A stretch of 64,000 nucleotides of DNA. It comes from Camelus ferus. Taxonomy: Eukaryota. Under the pieces are notes generated by a model that was given only the letters and a program-made list of their open reading frames with translations, searched no databases and was not told the origin of the DNA. Shown one piece after another: positions 26,679-37,941 of the stretch (the first letter of the stretch is position 1; every line of letters starts with the position of its first letter). The stretch is from positions 61,134,001 through 61,198,000 of the forward strand of contig NC_045697.1 of the NCBI RefSeq assembly GCF_009834535.1. Direction: 5' to 3'. Both the position numbers and the translations under genes were made by a program.

Positions 26679-27899
26679 CTCACTCACTCACTCAGCCCCA
26701 AAGATAGTGCCCCCTGCATTGGCTTTCTCAGTATTCCTAGAGTCCTTTTAGTAGTTACCCTTTTTTACTAGTTAATAATGATTTACATTAAGTTGTCCTA
26801 GTTCAAATTGCAGATCTAGTTTTTACTTTGTGACAGATGGAAATACATATTTATATTTAAAAAGTCACACTGAAAAGTTTAAAGTGTGTTGGTGGTGACT
26901 CCTTCATAAGAAACTATCACTAGATCTCAAAGAAACGATGTTCAAAATGCCAATTCAAGTAGGTGGGGTTAATCTGTTCTAACACTTGTGTTTTAGGTTT
27001 CAGAGAAAAGACAGTATTTGGTCATAAAGGTAAATGTATCTAGTAAACGACTGTATTCATTACTTGACTCATTACAGAAACGTCTTTCCCTATGTAAGTG
27101 TTTCATATATATTAGAAGCCTTGGGAAGTTTTTTGTGACTTTGAAGAAGTTTCCCAATGATATTCATTTCCATCATTTCTATAGTCAGTTCAGACAAAGG
27201 AGAGAACAGTTAACTGAAGCAGCTTAAAATAGTTAATGGGATACTGTTGCCATGCGGCTAGAACTCTGTCTCTCAGGAAAGTAGCCTATATCCTATTAGA
27301 CGCTCCTAAATCTTTTCTATTTGGGGTTTTAGTTATATTACTTCCCATATCATCACTGTATTATACAATTACCTGAGGCAACTTTAAAGCACTGATACTC
27401 TCATGTGAAGTCAAGAACACTTCAAGCCTCAGAGCACTGGAAAAGAGGCTTTAGAGGTTGTTTGGCAAAACCCACCTTCCTTCCCCAAAGCAGAAGACGC
27501 TGAAATCACCTCTAAGAAATCAGTAGAAATCCAAAAGCTAAAGACCCTCAGAAATGAGATTCTTAGAATTTATCTCCTCCCAACATCATCTCAACTCCCT
27601 TAGCTCACTGTAGTGTTTGTTCACTAGCTCATGCCATCGCACTATTCCCACCACCCACACTGTAACTGAAATGGGACAAGCTATGATGTTCTTTCACAGC
27701 TGTCTCTCTCCTGCCCCATATACCTCAAGGTCAGAAGGCAGAGGCAGCGCCTTCACAGTTCTCCAATGCCTTTTCTAGGTAGTTGCTCTCCCGACTTTAT
27801 AGATCCTGCTGCTCCTGTGAGTTAATCATATTCGACTCTACAACTCCTCCTCCTCCTCATTGCAGCAGTCCCCAAATTTCTCTGTCTTTATCACTAATC

Positions 27900-29320
27900 A
27901 ATTAGTCAGGAATCATTAGTCATCGATCAATGAAGACTTCCCAATCTACTCTTTCCAACCTAACCCCTGTCATTATTTTAACATTTCAATGTCAATGAAA
28001 ACAGTTTTCCAGAGTACTAGCCAGTCTTTCTGCCTCTGTATCACTGATAACCTTATCCTCCAGTACTTTTCTGCCACCTGATCTTATATTCTCCCCACGA
28101 CCTAAAGCTATTTCATCTCCTAAATTGTTAAACATGCCAGTCTCTGGCCACAATCCCTGCCTTCTTCAACATCCTCTTCTTAGGGATCATGCAGATCAAC
28201 AGTATGTGATGTAAAATCAATGCCATCTTCCTTTTATTTCCTCCGTATCAAGCTTTTATTCCAAATAAAAAAAAATCCTCATTTCAGTCACAATCTTGAA
28301 AATGTCCAGATCTCTGCACCACTGCTTTCCCATTACAACTTCGTGGCAAATAGACATCCACGGTGAACCCAATCAGAAGCTTTGCCCGTGACTACAATCA
28401 GGTAGCTGGACATTTCTGGAGAAAGATTACATATCTGAGAATTTTATAATAATTTGTGGTTTTCAGCCTCACAAGGGACTTCAAAATTTCCCAGAGACAT
28501 CATAGTGTTTCTCCAGTAAGTTAGCTCTCCCTAAACCTCTGACCTCCTTATATCTTTCTGCACTAAGAATATTACTTTCTCTCTGCTGCACTGATAAAAA
28601 TAGAAGTTTCTATCTGATGCAGACTCTGTCAACTGTCTCTCTCCAATAAACAGAACAATATGCACTATAAACATTCTCCTCTTGCTCTGATGCTATAATG
28701 TGGGAAAAAAAAGTCTTCTCTTTCTTAAGGTCCATCTGAGCTTTGGTTCCATGTTCTTTGGAATTTTTAGGACTCTTTTGCTATAGATTTTCTTTTCCAT
28801 CCCTCAGAGTCATTTTCAATCCATTCATTTCTACCCATTAGAATTCAAATAAGTTTTTGTCAGTAGTTCTCATAATGCAACTCTACAATATAGTCATGCG
28901 GAGTGCTTTAACTAATACCAAGAGACTCCGGTTAATTGGCCATTAGTAAGTCCTGGACATCTTTTTAAAAAATATTCTCCAGATTATTTTAATGAACAGG
29001 ATTGAAAAACTCTGTTATAGTCTCTCATATATAATTAAAATTATCTCTCCCAGTATACACATGTCTTCCAGATACCACTGTATTGCTTTTCTTCCCTTCA
29101 AAGCAAAATATCTTTAAGAGTAATTTACACTAGTTATGTAAATGGCCTTCTTCATCATTGAGTTATCAACACTCTTCACAGAAATTTTTCCTTGCTAAAT
29201 AGAAAAATGGTCAGCACATAACTAAATCTAATACATACCTTAAGTCCTTATTTTACTTAACTTCACAGCATTTTACACATGTGACCATTTGATATTCTTG
29301 CAACACTTTTTTTCCCATAA
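27900..29320. mobile_element. Highly degenerate L2 internal fragments, with a possible MER5-like insert at about 28860-29015
   Basis: Pyrimidine-rich L2-like blocks. The sub-block ctaataccaagagactccggttaattgg...tcctggacatctttttaaaaaatattctccagattattttaatgaacagg is MER5-like. Confidence 0.4.
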
Positions 29321-29477
29321 GACCACTAAAAGTAAGAACCCTGTTCCTATGGTTCCATGGATAGTCTTCCAGGAGGCTTAAATACCATGCAGAAAAGTGT
29401 GTGTGTCTATGTACATAAGCAAGGTTACAAGTATAATACATTATCCAAAGCAACACACTTTTAACAGTGAAAGGTAT

Positions 29478-29961
29478 TGCTGGGGGAGAATAGGTTGTGG
29501 CCTCATGCAGGAAAGAATTCAAGAACAAGGCATGCTAAAGTGAAAGCAAGTTTATTTAGAAAGATACACACTCCACAGACAGAGGTCAGTCTGTCTCACT
29601 CAGAAGGAGATACACACTCTGTAAGCAGAACGTGGGCCACATCAGAAGGCAAGACAGCGCGATCACGAGGTGCCGAGTTGTTAGGCTTTATGGGCTTGGT
29701 AATTTCATACGCTAATGAGTAGGACAATTATTCCAGTTACTTTGGGGAAGGGGAAAGGATTTCAAGGAAATGCCCTCCGCCCACTTTTGACATTTTATGG
29801 TCATCCTAGGAACTGTCATGGCACCTGTGGGTGTGCCATGAGGCTCAAGGTCTACTGGAAGTCAAATCTTCCACCACCTTGGTTCTGACTAGTTTGTCTT
29901 GTCCTCAATTGCTGTATTATTCCTTGAGTGGTTGTGCCCTGCCCACTTTCCTCCTGCTTCA
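29478..29961 (-). mobile_element. ERV1 solo LTR related to 26055-26678
   Basis: TG...CA termini, TSD gtat/gtac (1 mismatch). Shares gcaggaaagaattcaaga, gctcaaggtct...gaagt.aaatct and ttccttga.tgg.tgtgccctgccc with the 26055 LTR. Confidence 0.85.
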
Positions 29962-30729
29962 GTACCTGATTAACATTTCACTAGGACACAGACACAAACT
30001 AGGAGTATTCAAAGTAAACTGGGTTATATGGTCATAGGACATAGAAGCAGAATAAATATTAACTGATTTCCCCAAAGCCAGATGGTTCATTTGTATTAAA
30101 AAAAAAAGAAGGACAAAACAGTGTTCCTAGTTCTGGTGGCCTTTTCACTATTTCATAATCTATATGAAATCCCTGTTGTCTTCATTATAAATACAAAATT
30201 TTCAGAGCGTTATACAGTTGGAATGATTAATGACCACTTTAAAAAATTAAGGAATATTTTCCTTATAAATTCTACATTGCAGACTCCAATTTGGGGTCAT
30301 TTTTATCCTACTATATTTTAATTGCAATATGTTTCTGACTTGGACTTTGAAAATATCAATGTCTAGACGTTAGAAAGCACACTCTTCAGAATTTCTCCTA
30401 GCAACTGTAAATATCCTAATAATACAAAGGCTATACTAAAAATTCTGTGTAACCTGATTTTGCTTTTAATGTGGTATACTTTTGCTTCATATTAACATAA
30501 TTAAAATGTTATTTCAACTGGTTCTAAATTACAAGAGAATGAAGGCTGAATGCTCTCAGCTTTTATACTCTTCATTCCTCCCATAACATGCTAGTACCCT
30601 TACTGTCCTTTCAGGTAGATGTCCTTCACTTTATCTCAGTCATAATGATTCTTATTGTATATCTGTGTCAGCTGAGTTCTTGACAAAGTAATAAGTTGTA
30701 AGAAAAAGAACAATGAACAATGTAAAAAA

Positions 30730-31815
30730 GTGTTCTTTGGCTAAAGGATTATTATCCTTAATATACAAACTCTTAAAATGCAATAATAAAAACCAACAAC
30801 CCAACTGAAAAAAAAAAAATGGGCCAAAGACCTGACCAGATTCTTTACCAGAGATTTACAGGTGGCAAATAATCATATGAAAAAAATGCTCCACATCGTA
30901 TGAGGGAAATTAAAATGACACTGCAAATTAAAACACATTGATAAAATGGCCAAAATATGGACCACTGACAACATTAAATGCTGATAAAGATGTGAAGCAA
31001 TAGAAACTCTCCTTCATTGTTGGTGAGAATGCAAAATAGTACAGTCATTTTGGAAGACGGTTTGGAGGTTTCTTACAAAACAAATCATATTCTTACCATA
31101 TGATCCTGCAATCACACTCCTTAGTAATTTCTTCAAATTAGCTGAAAATTTATGTCCACCCAAAGAACTGTATATGGCTGTTTATATCAGCTTTGTTTAT
31201 AATTGCTCAAAACTTGGAAGGAACCAAGATATCTTCAGCAGGTTAATGGAAAAATAAACTATGCTATATTCAGACTATGAAATATTATTCAGTACAAAAA
31301 CAAACAAACAAAAAGAGTTATCAAGCCATGAAGAGACAAGGAGGAATCTTAAAGGAATATTATAAGTGGAAGAAGTCAATATGAAAAGTCTACATACTGT
31401 ATTCATTCCAGAATATATAACATTCTAGAAGACACAAAACTATGGACAGAGTAGAAAAAAAATCAGTGGTTGCCAGGGGTTAGGGGCATGAGAGGGATGA
31501 ATGGGTGGAACGTAAAGGATTTCAGAGCAGTGAAAATACTCGGTATGGTGCTGTAATGACAGATACTTGTCATTATACATTTGTCCAAATCCACAGAATG
31601 TACAATACCAAGAGTGAACCATAACATAAACTATGAACTTTAGGTGTTCATGATGTGCCCATGTACAATTCACCATTTGAAACAAATGTACCCCTCTGGT
31701 TGGGGATGCTGGTAAGGGGTCCATATGTGTGGAATAGGGGGGTATATGGGAAGTCTCTGTACAGTCCCCTCAATTTTGCTGTGAATCTAAAATTGCTCTA
31801 AAATATAAATTCTTA
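30730..31815 (+). mobile_element. L1MC1-like LINE 3' region
   Basis: ORF2 C-terminal remnant plus the UTR gtcattatacatttgtccaaatccacagaatgtacaatacc...tcaattttgctgtgaatctaaaattgctctaaaa. Confidence 0.85.
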
Positions 31816-32847
31816 AAGAAAAGATTTTGTTAGGTGTTCTTTTTAGCTCTGTCCTAAGGTGAAACATTTATTTTCATACACAAAATAAATACCAATAAAT
31901 GTACTATATAATAATCTTCCAAGTTTTCTGACAATAATACATTTTAAATAACCCTAAAATAATGAATATTCATAAAGAAAATAGAAATACACCCTCAATT
32001 TGGCAGTCTGTCACATGTGAAATGAAACTTCTGAAGTAGACAGGAAGATAATAGTTACTGAAGTATAAACAAATGTGACATCAGCTATGCAATCTACAAA
32101 TGACAGCTACTTAGCCATTTCACTGCTTATTTTTCTTTGATCATCTTTTTCTGACCATCTTTGAAGAAATTCACACAGTATATGCATTATACACAAAGTT
32201 AAGCAAGAGTGATTTTGTTAGATTTTTTTTAACATCATTAAATGAAACCCCTTTACCACACTGAAATAAGCTTGATTAATAAAGTACAAATAAAAATAAT
32301 AGGCTATATATTTTGAACTACTCATTACCTAGTCTTGAGGTCTCTTCTTTAAAGTTCTTCCTCATTTTAAAAATTCTTTACAATTATTTATAAGTTTAAT
32401 TTAAGGTCATTTATGCACACATATGAAATTTTACACAGTACAGGCTGATTCAAAATGCTGTCTTTAGAATGCCTGTCTTACCCTCTCATCTCTCTTACTT
32501 GACCTCCTCCCCTCTGTGTAAACCAAGTTAATAATGGAATATACATATTACCACGTTTTTCTATGTGTCTACTTAATATAGATTTATAAGAGACTATTCA
32601 TCATCATTTTTGTCAAAAAGATTCAAGTGTGACACATTTTTCTTCAACTCACATTTCTTTCTTGACATACCTTTTGCAATACCTTGAAAGTCAATTGATG
32701 GAGCTTAAATTAATTCTTTATTTAATGGCTACATATTACCCCATGCTGTAGATATGGTATAACTTCTTAGATCATCACAAAGAATGATAGGTTTCTATAT
32801 TGTTTCTATAAAAATATTGCAATAAACTTTCATATATGTTTACAATA

Positions 32848-33190
32848 TTTTTATTGAAGTACAGTTGATTTACAATGTGTTACTTTCTGGTGTACATTCT
32901 TATATATATATTCTTTTTCATAATAGGTTATGTACATTCTTTTTCATAATAGGTTATTACAAGATACTGAATATCATTCTCTGTGCTATTCTGGAGGACC
33001 TTGTTGTTTAGCTATTTTATGTATGGTACTTTGCATCTACTAATCCCAAACTCCTAATTTATTCCCCTGACTTTCCCCTGTGGTAACCATAAGTTTGTTT
33101 TCTAAGTCTGTGAGTCTGTTTCTGTTTTGTAAATAAGTTCATTTGTATCATTTTATTAGATTCCACATACAAGTGATATCATATGATATC
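32848..33190 (-). mobile_element. Artiodactyl L1 3' end inserted in older L1
   Basis: tttttattgaagtacagttgatttacaatg...ggtaaccataagtttgttttc...ttagattccacatacaagtgatatcata. Confidence 0.85.
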
Positions 33191-33953
33191 ACTTACATGT
33201 TTATGTTCTACGTTTATCTATCTTGGTTTACACAGAGGGGAAGAGGGAGGTAAGAGAGGTGAGGAGGGTAACAGGCGTTTTGAAGACAGATCTATTAAAT
33301 CAGCCTATACTTGTCTTCAAGGAAGAGATTTCAGACTATGTAGTGAGTAGTTCAAAAAATAAAGCCTATTATTTTCACTTGTACTTTAAAATTTGCTTGA
33401 GAAAATAGTTTTCTGTGATTAGGCTTGATAGGATAATAAGTACATAAATTAAAATTTTAATATATTTTTTCAGTTTGTTTTTCAGTGTATTTATAATTTC
33501 ACATTTTACAATCTCAGTGTGTGAGAATACCATTTTCCTCCTAGTTGGCAAAAATTGTCTATTTCGAATATTTTCCAGTCTAATGTATATAAACTATCTC
33601 ATGTTACTGAAATTGTTATTTATCTACTGGTGAATTAAAGACTTTTTCACATTTGTTAACCATTTGAACACGCTTTTCTCACAATTTCTTATTCAAAATC
33701 TCAGTCTACTTATGCACTGAAGTTGCTTGCTTTTACTTTGTCAATTCTGTAATGGTGAAGAACTCTTTGTGAATTCCAGACTCTAGACTCTTACCAATTG
33801 AGTATTTTCTAAATTAAAGAATATGTAGATATATAATTTCTCCAAATAGCATGCTTGTATTATTTTTTATGGTTTCTAAGATTCTACTTTTGGCAAATGA
33901 TATTTTCTATGATTCTAAACTGTACAGGATTGATTTAGATTTTTCTAAGATTT

Positions 33954-33987
33954 TATATATATATATATATAAAATATATATATATAT
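33954..33987. repeat. (TA)n microsatellite, interrupted
   Basis: Directly visible. Confidence 0.85.
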
Positions 33988-35809
33988 GTTGGTTTTTTTG
34001 CATGTACAATCCTATCCTTGGAAAAATCTTTCATCTGTACTATAAGGTTGGTACACAAACTTAATTTTCTTCTAGAAGCATCACCAGTATAGGCCAGATT
34101 ATTTAACAAATAGTGTATCTCATTCCCACTGAATTGAAATAACATTTTTCATATAATATATTCTTTTATACCGAAATCTGTCTCTGCAAATCATGTTGTT
34201 TGGCTCTGCTCTATTCATCTAGTCCAATGCTTGTGCCACATTGATGTTATGATTATATTAAGAGATAATGATATTGAGAATTTAGCACTCTTTTTCTTCT
34301 TTTTAAAATTTCTTCTTAGATATTGTAAAATATTACTGTGCCAGATGAATGTTGAAGTTAGTTTACCTGGGGGCACAGGAATTATTTTGAAAAGGTAAAA
34401 GTATTTGGAGAATTCATATCTGTAAGATACTGGTTTCATAACCAAGGACATATGTATTTTGCCATATGTTTAGATCTCATTTCTATATTTCACTAAGATT
34501 CTTAATATAATTTCTATTATCTTCTTAAAACACATTTCTAAGTTTTTAGAGTTTATGTGGTATTGTGAATAGCATCTTTTTCCTATTTTTACTACTAGAA
34601 GCATATTGCTAGCATAAATAGCAATTGACTTACATGTTAATATCATATAGAACAAAATTATCAACTTTTTTTTTGCTGGCAGTTTTTACTGGAAGCTCTC
34701 TGGCTTTTGAGGAATTCAATCATAAGTAATTCAATCATAGTAAAGGAGCGAAACTTGCCTCTTATGTTCCAATGTTTATGCTGCTTATTTACTTTTCTTG
34801 TCCAGTACATCTGCTACAAACTTTAAGACAACATTAAACAAATACAGATGATAACTGGCAACACTGGCTAGTTCCTGTTTTAATTAAAACATATATATTT
34901 TTAAGATTTCCACAGTGGGATGGTATTTTTACTAAGTAAATTTAAGTAGTTTGTAATATTTATATAGTTTTCGTCTATTATGTATGTTTAGGGTTTTATG
35001 TATGATGATAGTGAAATATTATCAAATGTTCTACATTTTTATGTTTATCTTCGTGTTTTTCCCCCTTATGTGTTGATGTAATTGATACTATAAGCATATA
35101 TAATTGTATTGAAACCACCCTTCCAGTTCTTAAATTAAACCTATTTGATCATAGTATATTATTCTTGATACACGGTTGAACTATAATGCTAATATCTTAC
35201 TCAGAATTTTTACATCTATTTTCATAAGTGATGAAAGAATGTTTATAAGGTAAAGAAAATATATCTAAGCAATGTCTTATTATATTGAATGAATATAGCT
35301 TGAACTAACTTACTGAAATAAAATATTTTGACTTTACCATTTTACTGATACTGTTATAATCAACATTTCAGCAATCATTAAGATAAAGAAATTTAAAACT
35401 CATTGATTCTGTACTTGGTAGTCCCTTAGCATATAATTCCAGGAACAATGTACTTTAGGCCTTAGAAATATAAATTTCCTAAATGTCAATAATAAAACAG
35501 CCCCAAAGTGCTATAAATAAATCAACCAATTAAGTGCACATAATTATACACTATTTTATAACTCACCTCAGAAAAAAGCAGCTAGTCCTAATGTGATTTC
35601 AGAGGTGCTGGGAAGTCTATGTATATTTGACAGATATTCTCCCAGGGCTAGTGCCTGGCACAGTAGAGGCTCCCTACGACCCTGTTCTAGCACCACGCCT
35701 CCCACCAGTTCTGACTGGACACTTACTATGCTCTACCTGTTGTTAATATTTTGAAAATCTTACATGTTATAAACATATATTTTTAGAAGTTAAGTTTTAA
35801 TAAAGAATG

Positions 35810-36560
35810 AGGGAACCCTCCCACACTTTTGGTGGGAATGTAGTTTGGTGCAGCAGCCATTTGGAAAACAGTATGGAGATTCTTCAAAAGACTGAAAATA
35901 GACTTACCATTTGATCCAGCAATCCCACTCCTGGGCATATATCCAGAGGGAATTTTAATTCAAAAGATACATGCACCCCAATGTTCACAGAAGCGCTATT
36001 AACAATAGCCAAGACATGGAAACAATCTAAATGTCCATTGACAGATGACTGGACAAAGGAGCTGTGGTATATTTATACAATGGAATACAATTGGCCATAA
36101 AAAAGAATAAAATAATACCATTTGCAGCAACATGGATGGACCTGGAGATTGTCATTCTAAGTGAAGGAAGCCAGAAAGAAAAAGAAAAATATCATGATAT
36201 CCTTTATATGTGGAATCTAAAAAAAAAAAAAGAACTTATTTACAAAACAGAAGCAGACTCACAGATATAGAAAACAAACTATGGTTACTGGTGGGGAAGG
36301 GAGTAGAAAGGGATAAATTGAGAGTTCAAGATTTGCAGATACCAACTACTATATGTAAAATAGATAAACAGTAAGTATACTGTATAGCACAGAGAACTAT
36401 ATTCAATATCTTGTAATAACTTATGGTGGAAAAAATATGAAAATGAATATATATATGTTCATATATGACTGAAGCATTATGCTGTACACTAGAAATTGAT
36501 ACATTGTAAACTGACTATACTTAAAAATATACACACACACACACACAAAGAAAAAAAAAA
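35810..36560 (+). mobile_element. Lineage-specific L1, 5'-truncated (end of ORF2 plus 3' UTR and tail)
   Basis: ORF-track peptide AIKKNKIIPFAATWMDLEIVILSE.SQKEKEKYH is the L1 ORF2 C-terminus. The tail has a (CA)n stretch and polyA. Confidence 0.92.
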
Positions 36561-36941
36561 GTAATGAATAAGAGGGCATGAATACACTGTATATTTTTTA
36601 ATATAAAAGAAAACTCATTGGGCCAGGAGGTGGATGAGAGAAGTATGGAAAGTGAAGGCCTGAGTTAATAGAAACTGATCGAGTCTGTTCCCTAAGAGTT
36701 GTTTTCGCTCACATCTGCATTCTCTGGCACACCCTTCCTGTCTTTATACTGGAAAACCGTAAGAAAGGGACTGTGTCGTAACCCATTCACTAAGGTAAAT
36801 ACTTTAGCTGTTTCACAGAAAGAAGAATCCCAAGACAAGGAATGGCCATATTTAGATTGTTAGAGTTTCTCTCTCAGATCGTGGATATATATTCTTCCTC
36901 TCCCGTGGGAAAAACTTCATATACATATATATGTACATATA

Positions 36942-36994
<53 letters not shown>
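36942..36994. repeat. (TATC)n tetranucleotide microsatellite, about 13 units
   Basis: Directly visible perfect array. Confidence 0.95.
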
Positions 36995-36995
<1 letters not shown>

Positions 36996-37941
36996 CCTAA
37001 GATATTTATTTCTATTCAATTATAAAATTAGCATATATATAGTCTGCACTTGCAAACATTTTATGGTAACTCACTAAATTAAAAAAAAGGTTTTAGCTAT
37101 TTTATTATTTGATAGTGTCAAAAGAATTTTCAAAGATGACTTTCTTCAAAAGTTGTCAATCATATCGAGTTCATTTAATAATTCCAATACTGAGACCATT
37201 CTAAAGTAGAACCCAGAATCTATGCTATTACTAATGCTGATTTAAACAGTGATTTTCCCTATGGAAAAGTAAGGTTAGTTGACTCTGAAAGATTGATACC
37301 ATCAAGGAGTCTAGAGGAAACCTCAGATAAATATTTGAGACACTGCCAAGGAGAAGGGAGTGTTAGTTTGAGCTGCACCATGCCTATAAAATTCTAGAAG
37401 TAGCCCAGATATGGGAAAGGTCCAGGCCGAACACACTTTGATCTATCTAAAAACCCTCTCTCTTCAGGAGGAGTAATCAGAATGGAAGAAAAAACATACT
37501 ATTGGGGAAAAGGGGGGGAAAAAACCATGGCCATTTTTCTTATCCCTTTAATTTAGGTAACACTGCCAAACAAAAAATACGGATCTTCCTCAATCAGCAA
37601 TGCTGAATCTCTGGGCTTTAAGGCCACAGTTCCCCATAGGTTAATGGATTTCTTGACAACAAAAGAGAGGTTGGAATAGATTAGAGTACTTCATCATGTC
37701 AAGGCTTTTTTTTTTTTTGAAAAGAAGGAAGGATAATGATCATTTGTCACTAGCCCAACTATTCCTCATTAAGAGAAGTTTTTATGAACAGCTGAGTTCC
37801 ATCCTTAAGATGAAGGCTAGCAAGTAACAGTTTTGATATCAGGGAGAACCGGGAGGTAATCATTTCACTTATCAAAATGTTTGGTTTCTCACTTTGTGAA
37901 GTGAATTGCATGACTGTCAGGCATTTGACATTGTTTGCAGA

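Larger units (their letters stand above)
25211..26835 (+). mobile_element. Old ERVL LTR (LTR33-like) hosting two younger LTRs
   Basis: Removing 25222-25700 and 26055-26678 (and one TSD copy each) gives tgtgacagtca-atatagttcttctcagttctaa...ctgaggctgaattctgtcaacatttctcttctgc...ctgttaggcc...ctcagccccaaagatagtg...attaagttgtcctagttcaaatt, collinear with LTR33 as remembered. Confidence 0.6.
32480..35235 (-). mobile_element. Old L1ME-type LINE remnants
   Basis: T-rich reverse-strand L1 motifs, e.g. ctaagtttttagagttt...tattgtgaatagcat and ttactcagaatttttacatctattttcataagtga. Interrupted by a younger L1 tail. Confidence 0.6.

Noticed and set aside
32890..32960. About 22-bp direct repeat (attctttttcataataggttat)
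   Set aside because: Ordinary local slippage duplication within an L1 tail.
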